Shown: positions 36,315 through 51,056, counted from the stretch's first letter. The stretch: 64,000 nucleotides of DNA from Macrostomum lignano (GCA_002269645.1 NIVC01001767.1:1-64000); one strand, 5' to 3'. Made by a program: numbers and translations. Notes: generated by a model from the letters alone, not told the origin.

Positions 36315-37225
36315 CAGCCTCCCAGATCCTCAGTTGCTGGGCCATCAGCCTCCCAAATCCTTCGTTGCTGGGTCAGCCTCCAAAATCCTTAGTTGCTAGG
36401 CCAGCCTCCGAGAGTGTCAGTTGCTAGGCCAGCCTCCGAGAGTGTCAGTTGCTAGGCCAGCCTCTCAGATCCTCAGTTGCTGGGCCATCAGCCTCTCAAA
36501 TCCTTCGTTGCTGGGCCAGCCTCCCAAATCCTCAGTTGCTAGGCCAGCCTCCCAGATCCTCAGTTGCTGTGCCAGCCTTTAAGATCCTCAGTTGCTGGGC
36601 CAGCCTCCCAAATCCTCAGTTGCTGAGCCATCAGCCTCCCAAATCCTTCGTTGCTGGGTCAGCCTCCAAAATCCTTAGTTGCTAGGCCAGCCTCCGAGAG
36701 TGTCAGTTGCTAGGCCAGCCTCCGAGAGTGTCAGTTGCTAGGCCAGCCTCTCAGATCCTCAGTTGCTGGGCCATCAGCCTCTCAAATCCTTCGTTGCTGG
36801 GCCAGCCTCCCAAATCCTCAGTTGCTAGGCCAGCCTCCCAGATCCTCAGTTGCTGTGCCAGCCTTCAAGATCCTCAGTTGCTGGGCCAGCCTCCCAAATC
36901 CTCAGTTGCTGAGCCATCAGCCTCCCAAATCCTTCGTTGCTGGGTCAGCCTCCAAAATCCTTAGTTGCTAGGCCAGCCTCCGAGAGTGTCAGTTGCTAGG
37001 CCAGCCTCCGAGAGTGTCAGTTGCTAGGCCAGCCTCTCAGATCCTCAGTTGCTGGGCCATCAGCCTCTCAAATCCTTCGTTGCTGGGCCAGCCTCCCAAA
37101 TCCTCAGTTGCTAGGCCAGCCTCCCAGATCCTCAGTTGCTGTGCCAGCCTTCAAGATCCTCAGTTGCTGGGCCAGCCTCCCAAATCCTCAGTTGCTGAGC
37201 CAGCCTTCAAGATCCTCAGTTGCTG
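36315..37225. repeat. satellite of ~20-29-bp monomers arranged in a 286-bp higher-order repeat (~3 copies)
   Basis: Identical ORFs in the track recur at 36449/36735/37021 and 36707/36993 (286-bp period). Confidence 0.92.
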
Positions 37226-38439
37226 GGGGAACTTCACGGCGTGTCTGCGAAGAAAGCGGGCACTTTTTAGGTTAAAAAAATTCTTGGCAAAAACCATCTG
37301 TACATGCACTGCTTATTGGCACTCGTAAAAATAATAAGAAATTACAGCTGCTTGTTTAAATTCCAAGTATTAATTGCAGTGTGGATTACATGAGGATTTC
37401 GATACACAGACTAAGTCCCAGGTGTGTGTACATAGTGCAGGTGCGGTTGGCTCCCCGATTTCTCGCTAAGTGAAAAAATCGACCTAAGCACGCGACTGTG
37501 TCTGTCTTCTCTGTAGGCCTCCCTGTTTTTTACTGTCACTCAGCAGCAGCAGCTCGTCAGTCTTTTTTGCTTTGCATATAATTTCGCCTTGCTAGTCTCT
37601 CTTATTCTTTTTCTCCAGTTTCTTTTGAAGCGGGCGACTCGGCGCAGAGGAGTGGTTTGAAGGTGGAGACTGGAGCAAGGAGCAAGATTGGCCAGGGGCA
37701 AGCGCGGGATGGAGACAGGCGAAGGAAGAGTGAGGGCGAAGAGTCTGCAGGGGAGTAGGGATGAAGGAGGGAAAGGCTGGGGGAGAAGAGAAGATTCTCA
37801 GACTAAATAGCGCCGAGTGCAAGCTCCTATTCCTTGTTGCTCAGCTGCTCAAGCTGCAATCCCGAAGAATCTCCTTTAATACTTCTGTGAGCTGTCTTCG
37901 CTTGGTAATATCGGCGGTAATATTAAAGATTAAGGATCCACTGGATTATATTAATTAATACACTTCCTAAGACTGTAGAAGACAGCGAGTGCTCGATTCG
38001 ATCAGGTAGGTCTTGTATATCTGGGGAATCGAATTTTGTTTCTAAGTGAAAAAACTGGAGGTGGGGTTATATCTGCCTGTGAAAGTATTACTTGATGAAG
38101 AGGCTGGATCAGCCCGGCCAGCTGCTTTTCAATCTCAGGCGTAACTTTTCGACGGACTTTTTGTGCTCTGGCGACTGGGAACAGGCGGCACGCGATCGGA
38201 GAGGGATAATTAATAAGAAAATTGAGAGCTCCCAGTCGGGCAGGAAAGAAGAGGGAAGACGAGACTAAAATGAGGAATCGATATAAGTCTGCTAAGAGTC
38301 CAGATATTAAAGACACCGGGGAGAATGCTGAGAACTGAGGGGTGAAGGAGACTGGGATCAGAGCTGGGTAAGGAGAAACCGGTGAGAGAGCAGGGTAGAG
38401 AGAGGTAGGCACGTATGTACATGTAGATCTGGGAGAGGC

Positions 38440-38735
38440 ACGGAGAGAGGTTAAGAGATGAAAGAAACAGGTGAGAGAGATAAGGAGATACCGGTGAGAG
38501 ATAATGAGATACCGGTGAGAGACAATGAGATACCTGTGGGAGACATAAATAGATACCGGTGAGAGAGATATGGGACACCGGTGAAAGAGATAAGGAGATA
38601 CCGGTGAGAGACATACGGAGATACCGGGGAGAGATAAGGAGATGCCGGTGAGAGAGGGAGATACTGGTAAGAGATAAGAAGATACCGGTGAGAGACAAAA
38701 TAGAGATACCGGTGAAATTGATGAGATTCCGGTGA
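38440..38735. repeat. degenerate ~22-bp repeat with GATACCGGTGAGAGA core
   Basis: Direct reading. Confidence 0.8.
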
Positions 38736-39214
38736 GTGTGTATTCATGTATCTTCACATGTACTTTATTTAGCAAAGAGCAAAAATTTCGAATCTCACGT
38801 GATAATAGGATTTATTTAATCTCATAATTACTCATTAATACAGCTCATCTCATTAATACAGCAATGGATAGTCATGACGATCTTTAGCTCGTATGCACCT
38901 AGGCATAAATAATTAATTGCGAGCATTCCTGGGATTTGATCTACAGTTAATAGTGCAGATCACTGAGGATTGCAATTCGCGAGTTACAGGCAATATATGT
39001 CTTCCAAAAATGATATGCGAGGGGGTTCTGCATTCCTGCCTGCTGCACCGAAACCTGTGGCAATCAAACTCATTACGATTCCAGCTGACATCCAGTCTGT
39101 ATTACAGTTGTATAGATGCAACTGCAGCATGCGTCTGTAATAAGACGCGTGACTGACAGATTGTAATTATGGTGCCTTATTAAGCACACAGACAGGCCAC
39201 TTTCTCTGCCTACC

Positions 39215-41205
39215 CCACTGTGTGCCTCTCACTCACTGCCTCTCACCCTGTGCCTCTCACCCTGTGCCTCTCACCCTGTGCCTCTCACTCACTGCCTCTC
39301 ACTGTGTGTCTCTCACTCTGTGCCTCTCACTTACTGACTCTCACCCTGTGCCTCTCACTCTGTGCCTCTCACTCTGTGCCTCAGTCTGTGCCTCTCACTA
39401 TGTGCCTCTCACTGTGAGCCTCTCACTGTGTGCCTCTCACTGTGTGTCTCTCACTGTGTGTCTCTCACTGTGTGCCTCTCACTGTGTGCCTCTCACTGTG
39501 TGCCTCTCACTCTGTGCCTCTCACTCTGTGCCTCTCACTGTGTGCCTCTCACTTTGTGCCGATTTCACTCTCTGCCTCTCACTCACTGCCTCTCACTCTG
39601 TGCCTCTCACTTTTTGCCACTCTCACTCTCTATCTCACTCTCTACCTCTCACTCTCTACCTCTCACTCTGGGCCTCTCAATCACTCTGTGCCTTTCACTC
39701 ACTGCCTCTCACCCTGTGCCTCTCACCCTGTGCCTCTCACTCACTGCCTCTCACTGTGTGCCTCTCACCCTGTGCCTCTCACCCTGTGCCTCTCACCCTG
39801 TGCCTCTCACCCTGTGCCTCTCACAATGTGCCTCTCACCCTGTGCCTCTCACTCACTGCCTCTCACTGTGTGTCTCTCACTCTGTGCCTCTCACTTACTG
39901 CCTCTCACTCACTGCCTCTCACTCTGTGCCTCTCACTCTGTGCCTCACTCTGTGCCTCACTCTGTGCCTCTCACTATGTGCCTCTCACTGTGTACCTCTC
40001 ACTGTGTGCCTCTCACTGTGTACCTCTCACTTTGTGCCGATCTCACTCTCTACCTCTCACTCACTGCCTCTCACTTTGTGCCTCTCACTTTTTGCCACTC
40101 TCACTCTCTACCTCACTCTCTACCTCTCACTCTGGGCCTCTCAATCACTCTGTGCCTCTCACTCTGTGCCTCTCACTGTGCCTCTCACTGTGCCTCTCAC
40201 TGTGCCTCTCACTCTGTGCCTCTAACTCTGTGCCTCTCACTGTGCCTCTCACTCTGTGCCTCTCACTCTGTGCCTCTCACTTTGTGCCTCTCACTTTTTG
40301 CCACTCTCACTCTCTACCTCACTCTCTACCTCTCACTCTGGGCCTCTCAATCACTCTGTGCCTCTCACTCTGTGCCTCTCACTGTGCCTCTCACTTACTG
40401 CCTCTCACTCACTGCCTCTCACTCTGTGCCTCTCACTCTGTGCCTCACTCTGTGCCTCACTCTGTGCCTCTCACTGTGTGCCTCTCACTGTGTACCTCTC
40501 ACTTTGTGCCGATCTCACTCTCTACCTCTCACTCACTGCCTCTCACTTTGCGCCTCTCACTTTTTGCCACTCTCACTCTCTACCTCACCCTCTACCTCTC
40601 ACTCTGGGCCTCTCAATCACTCTGTGCCTCTCACTCTGTGCCTCTCACTGTGCCTCTCACTGTGCCTCTCACTGTGCCTCTCACTCTGTGCCTCTAACTC
40701 TGTGCCTCTCACTGTGCCTCTCACTCTGTGCCTCTCACTTTGTGCCTCTCACTTTTTGCCACTCTCACTCTCTACCTCACTCTCTACCTCTCACTCTCTA
40801 CCTCTCACTCTGGGCCTCTCAATCACTCTGTGCCTCTCACTGTGTGCCTCTCACTGTGCCTCTCACTGTGCCTCTCACTGTGCCTCTCACTGTGCCTCTC
40901 ACTGTGCCTCTCACTCTGTGCCTCTCACTCTGTGCCTCTCACTGTGCCTCTCACTCTGTGCCTCTCACTTTGTGCCTCTCACTTTTTGCCACTCTCACTC
41001 TCTACCTCACTCTCTACCTCTCACTCTCTACCTCTCACTCTGGGCCTCTCAATCACTCTGTGCCTCTCACTGTGTGCCTCTCACTGTGCCTCTCACTGTG
41101 CCTCTCACTGTGCCTCTCACTGTGCCTCTCACTGTGCCTCTCACTCTGTGCCTCTCACTCTGTGCCTCTCACTCTGTGCCTCTCACTCTGTGCCTCTCAC
41201 TCTGT
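39215..41205. repeat. complex TGTGCCTCTCAC-based minisatellite (~2 kb)
   Basis: 12-14-bp monomers with recurring longer blocks. Confidence 0.95.
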
Positions 41206-42042
41206 ACCTCTTTTACGATTGTATATCAACCATTGCCAACCAATCTTAAAATCTCTTCTTCAATGTTGGAGCTGCACGGCGCATTCAAACGCAGTGAAAA
41301 CACAGCATCATATCTTCATCACAGTCGAACTGTAGTGGGCTCTGAAATGAGATATTACTTGTATATTACTTTGGACTGGAGGTCGAGATTGAGAGCTTAT
41401 GTACTTTTATGTACTTTTAGTAGATATAAGTCATATTGTAGCAAATAATTGCAGTTTTTGGCATTTGCAGCTAAGCGCAGTGGTTACACATAGCTACTAT
41501 AAACCAAAATCAGCTTTAAAAATACTAATTAGTGTCGTATCAATACGGAGTCATAGCCAAAAATGGAGTTGTTTACGCTGACACTAGCTAGCTAATTATC
41601 TTGAAATACTCAAGTATTCCAACATTTTCCTGTGTATTTATCTAAAGACGATGCGAACTGTGCAGTCTTTGGTGTTCTGCTGCCCGGTGGCGGGAGCTCG
41701 CGTCACGCAAAAACATGGGCCCCATTAAATTGCAGGTCTGCACTCCACTCGCCCGGCTATTTTTGCTTTGCCTCCTTTGCCTCGCTCGCCATCACCCCTC
41801 CTCCCAGGTAATTTGCCGTCAACAGCCTGTTGCAGTTTCCTGCCGGCTGTAGTTCCTACTCATCTCTCTCCCAGCTTCTTCCCCTTCAAGCCTTCTGCTC
41901 GCTCAGCGCTTTTCTTTATACACTGTCATTTTATATAGGCTTGCTTTATCAGTTCCAGGCATATGTAGTCTCCGCTTCTGATAACTGTGGCTGCAGGTAC
42001 CTTTGCCTTGCAGCTTTTCATTCTTTTGTGTCTCTTTTATCG

Positions 42043-43104
42043 TGACTGACTGACTGACTGACTGACTGACTGACTGACTGACTGACTGACTGACTGACTG
42101 ACTGACTGACTGACTGACTGACTGACTGACTGACTGACTGACTGACTGACTGACTGACTGACTGACTGACTGACTGACTGACTGACTGACTGACTGACTG
42201 ACTGACTGACTGACTGACTGACTGACTGACTGACTGACTGACTGACTGACTGACTGACTGACTGACTGACTGACTGACTGACTGACTGACTGACTGACTG
42301 ACTGACTGACTGACTGACTGACTGACTGACTGACTGACTGACTGACTGACTGACTGACTGACTGACTGACTGACTGACTGACTGACTGACTGACTGACTG
42401 ACTGACTGACTGACTGACTGACTGACTGACTGACTGACTGACTGACTGACTGACTGACTGACTGACTGACTGACTGACTGACTGACTGACTGACTGACTG
42501 ACTGACTGACTGACTGACTGACTGACTGACTGACTGACTGACTGACTGACTGACTGACTGACTGACTGACTGACTGACTGACTGACTGACTGACTGACTG
42601 ACTGACTGACTGACTGACTGACTGACTGACTGACTGACTGACTGACTGACTGACTGACTGACTGACTGACTGACTGACTGACTGACTGACTGACTGACTG
42701 ACTGACTGACTGACTGACTGACTGACTGACTGACTGACTGACTGACTGACTGACTGACTGACTGACTGACTGACTGACTGACTGACTGACTGACTGACTG
42801 ACTGACTGACTGACTGACTGACTGACTGACTGACTGACTGACTGACTGACTGACTGACTGACTGACTGACTGACTGACTGACTGACTGACTGACTGACTG
42901 ACTGACTGACTGACTGACTGACTGACTGACTGACTGACTGACTGACTGACTGACTGACTGACTGACTGACTGACTGACTGACTGACTGACTGACTGACTG
43001 ACTGACTGACTGACTGACTGACTGACTGACTGACTGACTGACTGACTGACTGACTGACTGACTGACTGACTGACTGACTGACTGACTGACTGACTGACTG
43101 ACTG
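42043..43104. repeat. perfect (TGAC)n microsatellite, ~265 copies
   Basis: No interruption seen over ~1.06 kb. Confidence 0.98.
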
Positions 43105-43260
43105 ATTCCTATTGTACATGACTTGACGGGGATCTTTTACCCGGAAAGAGTACAGTGTGGTTACTCATTTAGTATTAGAATTATTCAGTAGTATGTAAAG
43201 AGCGTATAAACTGTTTCAAGAGAACTTTGTCAATAAAAAGCAACAATTTCGTTGCAGCCG

Positions 43261-46200
43261 ATGACCCTCACTGACCAGCAGATGCTGGGTTCGGTGGCCG
43301 ATGCGGCTGCGGCTGATGAGCTGGAAGACACAAATTATGGAAACTGCGCGATTGAGTCGGGCATTGGCTGCCTGCTACAGCCGAAACTGCAGCAGCAGCA
43401 TGCTGTCAGACAGCAGATCCTGGCCACTCTTGCCATGGCTCGACTCGGTAAGCAGCATCAGTAACAGCAGCGCTAGCAGATGAACTGCAACAGCAGCAGT
43501 AGTAAAAACAGAAACTGTCAGCAGCAGAAGCAGAAGCAGCAGAAGCAGAAGCACAAGCAGCAGAAGCAGAAGCAGAAGCAGAAGCAGCAGAATCAGAAGC
43601 AGAAGCAGAAGCAGCAGAAGCAGAAACAGAAGCAACAAAGTTAAAAGCAGCAGATTTAGAAGCAAAAGCAACAAAACCAGAAGCAGAAGCAACAGAATCA
43701 GAAGCAGAAGCAAAAGCAGCAGAAGCAGAAGCAGAAGCAGCAGAAGCAGAAGCAGCAGAAGCAGAAGCAGCAGAAGCAGAAGCAGCAGAAGCAGAAGCAG
43801 CAGAAACAGAAGCAACAAAGTTAAAAGCTGCAGATTTAGAAGCAAAAACAACAAAATCAGAAGCAGAAGCAACAGATTCAGAAGCAGCAGAATCAGAAGC
43901 AGCAGAAGCAGAAGCAGAAGCAGCAGAAGCAGAAGCAGAAGCAGCAGAAGCAGAAGCAGAAGCAGCAGAAGCAGAAGCAGCAGAAGCAGAAGCAGCAGAA
44001 GCAGAAGCAGAAGCAGCAGAAGCAGAAGCAGAAGCAGCAGAAGCAGAAGTAGAAGCAGCAGAAGCAGAAGCAGCAGAAGCAGAAGCAGAAGCAGCAGAAG
44101 CAGAAGTAACGGTGTATCGGATGCCACCCAACCCTGTAGTGTCGGAGTTCAGCAACCGTCTGGCCCAGTTCTATGCGGACTCGGCCACTCAGCTGCAGGA
44201 AATTGGCACCGAATTCGTTGAGAAATCTGACCAGCTTCTCTCGGCAGAGACTCAAGCCACGTAAGTGACTGCAAGCTTTTGCACGACCTTTTAGGCCGCG
44301 CTTAATAAGACTGCCTAAAAATATTTTCCCTTCTAGTAGCAGCGGCAACAGTAACAGCCGACTTCCATCCTGCACGAGTGTGATCCAGCCGCTGTGGAAC
44401 CTCCTGGTAGCCGAGTGCCAAACGGAAGCAAAGGCAAGTCCTTCTGGCTGCTCATTGATCAGCTCCATGGAAGGATTGCGGGAAAATTGAAGGAAAACAA
44501 ACTCAATATTGGCAGGAAAAATGAGACAGCAAGGTAGGGGATAGCGAAATGAGCTGATCTCACGGTTCACAGAATATCGCTAATTGATTCTGTAGAGGGA
44601 TCAGTGCGAGCCTTTTGGATGAGGCCAGCGGAGAGGCTGCGTGCGAGCAAGGATTATGAAATAATCAGAATTTTTCCCTGGCATCTGCTACTCGATTTGC
44701 ATGCCATTTTTATGATATTTCCATCAGCTCTCAGTGATCGCTTCCAAGCATACAGCTGGGATTTGTGAAATATTGCTTACTGCATTACTTTTCTCTTCTC
44801 TTGATATCCTCCCGATTCTCCCCCACCCGATTCTTCCCCTCCCGATTCTTCCCCTCCCGATTCTTCCCCTCCCGATTCTCCCCCACCCGATTCTTCCCCT
44901 CCTGATTCTTCCCCTCCCGATTCTCCCCCACCCGATTCTTCCCCTCCCGATTCTTCCCCTCCCGATTCTTCCCCTCCCGATTCTCCCCCACCCGATTCTT
45001 CCCCTCCTGATTCTTCCCCTCCCGATTCTTCCCCTCCTGATTCTTCCCCTCTCGATTCTTCCCCTCCCGATTCTTCCCCTCCTGATTCTTCCCCTCCCGA
45101 TTCTTCCCCTCCCGATTCTCCCCCACCCGATTCTTCCCCTCCTGATTCTTCCCCTCTCGATTCTTCCCCTCCCGATTCTTCCCCTCCTGATTCTTCCCCT
45201 CCCGATTCTTCCCCTCCCGATTCTCCCCCACCCGATTCTTCCCCTCCTGATTCTTCCCCTCTCGATTCTTCCCCTCCCGATTCTCCCCCACCCGATTCTT
45301 CCCCTCCTGATTCTTCCCCTCTCGATTCTTCCCCTCCCGATTCTTCCCCACTCGATTCTTCCCCTCTCGATTCTCCCCCACCCGATTCTTCCCCTCCTGA
45401 TTCTTCCCCTCCCGATTCTTCCCCTCCCGATTCTCCCCCACCCGATTCTTCCCCTCCTGATTCTTCCCCTCTCGATTCTTCCCCTCCCGATTCTTCCCCT
45501 CCCGATTCTTCCCCTCCCAATTCTTCCCCTCCCGATTCTCTCCCACCCGATTCTTCCCCTCCCGATTCTCCCCCACCCGATTCTTCCCCTCCTGATTCTT
45601 CCCCTCTCGATTCTTCCTCTCCCGATTCTTCCCCTCCTGATTCTTCCCCTCCCGATTCTTCCCCACCCGATTCTTCCCCTCCTGATTCTTCCCCTCTCGA
45701 TTTTCCCCTTACTCGATTTCCCTACCACCTTAGCAGCTATCAAAAAAGTACATATTCGTGTTGAACACCGCAAACCTGCCGCAGGCGCTGACCCGCCTCG
45801 CCAACAGCTTGTCCAATCGCCTTAGCAACCAGCTAACGCACCTGGACGCCAGCAAGTCAATCCAGGCCGCCGGTCTGCTCGCTTCTCTCAGCAGGCTCGA
45901 ATCCGCCGTGGCCTCGGCAGACTCCGAGCGCGAGGCGCAGCTGACGAACCTGCGGCAGAGCCTGCCGTCTTCGGGAGCGGCGCCCTCCAGCGCGGCAGTG
46001 GAGGCGTACAATCGCTACGCCATGCAGCTGGCTGCCAGCAATGCCGTCAGACAGACCGTGAGAGACAGCGCTTTGCCGGAGGTTATGCAGGTGACGGTCA
46101 CGTGACTCTTGTTGCTTTCATTTGCTTTTGTCTCTCATTTCTCGTCTCCTGATTCTCCTCTGTCGGAATCAATATCCCATCTCTCACCTCGCATCTCTCG

Positions 46201-49200
46201 TTTCTCAATCTCCTCTTCCTCTTTCCTATCCTTCATTCTTCCCCTCCCCTCTCTTATCTCTCACATCTCCCCTCCCCTCTCTTATCTCTCACATCTCCCC
46301 TCCCCTCTCTTATCTCTCACATCTCGCCTCTCGCCTCTCTTATCTCTCACATCTCCCCTCCCCTCTCTTATCTCTCACATCTCCCCTCCCCTCTCTTATC
46401 TCTCACATCTCCCCTCCCCTCTCTTATCTCTCACATCTCCCCTCCCCTCTCTTATCTCTCACATCTCGCCTCTCGCCTCTCTTATCTCTCACATCTCCCC
46501 TCTCTCATTTCCACAGGAGTTGGATCACATAGAAACAGACGCAGTCTGCAGCATCCACGAAGCGCTGATCTGGCATCGCCAATCAAAGATGGAATTTGTA
46601 AGCGGTTTCCTGTTCGAATAGAGACAGTCTCCCTGACCTCTAATGTCCTCCAACAACCCGCCTTGCAGCTGGAAAGCGTCAGAGAGCGAAATTTATTAGG
46701 CTTAAACGAGCTTCGAAATGCAAGACCTCAGGACGGAATTACAGAGTTTGTTTCAGCCTGCCAGTTGGCCGCCACCGCGAGGACTGGAGCTGGATTTGCA
46801 GATGAGAATTCCAACAACTGGCTGACTGAATTACCTGCGGAGCTTCCGCAGACCAGCGTGAGTTTCTGAATTGTATATGGTTTATGAGCAATGATAAAGT
46901 CATGATCTGATTTATGAGCAATGATAAGGTCATGATCTGATTTATGAGTGATGATAAAGTCATGATCTGATTTATGAGCAATGATAAGGTCAGGATCTGA
47001 TTTATGAACAATGATAAGGTCATGATCCGGTTTATGAGCAATGATAAGGTCAATGATCTGGTTTATGAGCAATGATGAGGTCATGATCTGGTTTATGAGC
47101 AATGATAAGGCCATGATCTGATTTATGAACAATGATAAGGTCATGATCTGGTTTATGAGCAATGAAAAAGTCATGATCTGATTTATGATCAATGATGAGG
47201 TCATGATCTGATTTATGAGCAATGAAAAAGTCATGATCTGATTTATGAGCAATGATAAGGTCATGATCTGGTTTATGAGCAATGAAAAAGTCATGATCTG
47301 ATTTATGATCAATGATGAGGTCATGATCTGATTTATGAGCAATGATAAGGTTATAATCTGATTTATGAGCAACGATAAGGTCATGATCTGATTTATGAGC
47401 ATTGATGATCCTTTATGATCATAGATCATAAACTTGTGGTCCTTTTTAAGGTCCCTTCTTTTAAGGTCATGATAATTTATACTATGAGCCATTTTAAGGT
47501 CATAAATCCTCTAAATAAGCTATGATAAAGTCGTGATCTTTTCAATGAGCAAATACACAGGTCATGATCCTTGCTATGAGCAACGGAGACGTTATTATAT
47601 CTGATTATGAGTGATTATTGCGCCAATAAATTCCAGATTGAAGAAACCTAGTACTGAAGTATATCGATTTTTCTATAAACAGTCCTCGAACTCGGGATAA
47701 ATGTGAACTGAATCTCTTCCCCAGGTCTGTCTGCCCCAGTCAGGTGAAATACTGCGCACTCGAACCTGCAAGTCACAGCTGAAGCAGCGCTCAGCCTTCT
47801 TGAGATCCAAGTACCAGCGACTGAGATCCTGTGTCAGGGACGCCAGGGGCGCCATGGACGCTTTAATGGCCGGCTATGACAGGTGGGTGAGGCACTGGGT
47901 CAGCAATCCCAATTACTGTACTGGGTCAGCAATCCCAATTACTGTACTGGGTCAGCAATCCCAATTACTGTACTGGGTCAGCAATCCCAATTACTGTACT
48001 GGGTCAGCAATCCCAATTACTGTACTGGGTCAGCAATCCCAATTACTGCACTGGGTCAGCAATCCCAATTACTGCACTGGGTCAGCAATCCCAATTACTG
48101 TACTGGGTCAGCATTCCCAATTACTGTACTGGGTCAGCAATCCCAATTACTGTACTGGGTCAGCAATCCCAATTACTGCACTGGGTCAGCAATCCCAATT
48201 ACTGCACTGGGTCAGCAATCCCAATTACTGTACTGGGTCAGCAATCCCAATTACTGTACTGGGTCAACAATCCCAATTACTGTACTGGGTCAACAATCCC
48301 AATTACTGGGTCAGCAATCCCAAATATTGCAGTGGGTCAGCAATCCCAATTACTGTACTGGGTCAGCAATCCCAATTACTGCACTGGGTCAGCAATCCCA
48401 ATTACTGCACTGGGTCAGCAATCCCAATTACTGCACTGGGTCAGCAATCCCAATTACTGTACTGGGTCAACAATCCCAATTACTGCACTGGGTCAGCAAT
48501 CCCAATTACTGCACTGGGTCAGCAATCCCAATTACTGTACTGGGTCAGCAATCCCAATTACTGTACTGGGTCAGCAATCCCAACTACTGCACTGGGTCAG
48601 CCATCCCGATTACTGTACTGGGTCAACAATCCCAATTACTGTACTGGGTCAACAATCTCAATTACTGGGTCAGCAATCCCAATTACTGTACTGGGTCAGC
48701 AATCCCAATTACTGTACTGGGTCAGCCATCCCAATTACTGTACTGGGTCAACAATCCCAATTACTGTACTGGGTCAGCAATCCCAATTACTGCACTGGGT
48801 CAGCAATCCCAATTACTGTACTGGGTCAGCCATCCGAATTACTGTACTGGGTCAGCCATCCCAATTACTGTACTGGGTCAGCAATCCCAATTACTGCACT
48901 GGGTCAGCAATCCCAATTACTGTACTGGGTCAGCAATCCCAATTACTGTACTGGGTCAGCAATCCCAATTACTGCACTGGGTCAGCAATCCCAATTACTG
49001 TACTGGGTCAGCAATCCCAATTACTGTACTGGGTCAGCAATCCCAATTACTGTACTGGGTCAGCCATCCCAATTACTGTACTGGGTCAGCCATCCCAATT
49101 ACTGTACTGGGTCAACAATCCCAATTACTGGTCAGCAATCCCAATTACTGTACTGGGTCAGCCATCCCAATTACTGTACTGGGTCAGCCATCCCAATTAC

Positions 49201-50958
49201 TGTACTGGGTCAACAATCCCAATTACTGTACTGGGTCAACAATCCCAATTACTGGGTCAGCAATCCCAAATACTGCAGTGGGTCAGCCATCCCAATTACT
49301 GTACTGGGTCAGCAATCCCAATTACTGTACTGGGTCAGCCATCCCAATTACTGTACTGGGTCAACAATCCCAATTACTGGGTCAGCAATCCCAATTACTG
49401 TACTGGGTCAGCAATCCCAATTACTGTACTGGGTCAGCAATCCGAATTACTGTACTGGGTCAGCCATCCCAATTACTGTACTGGGTCAGCAATCCCAATT
49501 ACTGCACTGGGTCAGCAATCCCAATTACTGCACTGGGTCAGCAATCCCAATTACTGTACTGGGTCAGCAATCCCAATTACTGCACTGGGTCAGCAATCCC
49601 AATTACTGTACTGGGTCAGCAATCCCAATTACTGTACTGGGTCAGCAATCCCAATTACTGTACTGGGTCAGCCATCCCAATTACTGTACTGGGTCAACAA
49701 TCCCAATTACTGGGTCAGCAATCCCAATTACTGTACTGGGTCAGCAATCCCAATTACTGTACTGGGTCAGCCATCCCAATTACTGTACTGGGTCAGCCAT
49801 CCCATTTACTGTACTGGGTCAGCAATCCCAATTACTGCACTGGGTCAGCAATACCAATTACTGTACTGGGTCAGCAATCCCAATTACTGTACTGGGTCAG
49901 CAATCCCAATTACTGCACTGGGTCAGCAATCCCAATTACTGTACTGGGTCAGCAATCCCAATTACTGCACTGGGTCAGCAATCCCAATTATTGCACTGGG
50001 TCAGCCATCCCAATTACTGCACTGGGTCAGCAATCCCAATTACTGCACTGGGTCAGCCATCCCAATTACTGGGTCAGCAATCCCAATTACTGTACTGGGT
50101 CAACAATCCCAATTACTGCACTGGGTCAGCAATCCCAATTACTGCACTGGGTCAGCAATCCCAATTACTGCACTGGGTCAGCAATCCCAATTACTGCACT
50201 GGGTCAGCAATCCCAATTACTGTACTGGGTCAGCAATCCCAATTACTGCACTGGGTCAGCCATCCCAATTACTGCAGTGGGTCAGCAATTCCACAACAAT
50301 TACTGGGTCAACAATCCCGAAAATCTTCTTAAAAAGAATCCCAATTATTAATGAAGAACATTTCTACAGCAAAAATCTATTTTTAGACTTCTAAAGCAGA
50401 ACTCCGTGCAGAATTGCGACTCCCATGCAGCTTTCACACGGAAACCTGTGCTCAAACTACATGAAAACAAGCAATTAGTATAACTAAATATACAACAGAA
50501 CTATGTATACACATTCTTCCCTTTTATCTCTTTTATCAATTCTCATTAGCCATGCTAAATATAAACAATATTGTACTTGGGCAGTTCCAGCTCAAATAAC
50601 AGAGGGTCTTAGCATAGCCCGTAGCACTCACAATGCCCTACTTGCGCTGCTGTCACGTCTGTTTGAGTCGGTTGAGCGCGTAGCTAAATTTGAACTGCTG
50701 AGCAGCGAGCTGACGGGTGGATGGAGAGGGAAGCTGGGAGTTGGGCGGGCCGCACAAACTCATTCACTCCCTGCCTCGCCGAGCTCTGATTGGGCTGGCA
50801 ATACATTAGGGATGCTTTATTAATTTGTAGTGATGAAGTCGGCTGTAGATTGCAATTAGACTGCAGTTTGAGACTGCCATTCTTTTATCCTTGCATCCAC
50901 TGCTTTCGTAAGTTGTTCCCTTGTGTTGCTAAACAATAGGAACACTTTTAAATAAAAT

Positions 50959-51055
<97 letters not shown>

Positions 51056-51056
51056 G

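Noticed and set aside
37600-38220. Orphan exon-like stretches (+ 37615-37810; - 38002-38180)
   Set aside because: They look coding, but there are no recognisable motifs and no phase-consistent neighbouring exons.
50370-50480. Extra F-BAR exon after the 26-bp array
   Set aside because: Exons 47882 and 51923 already join in phase into a coherent coiled coil; the candidate donor is weak.
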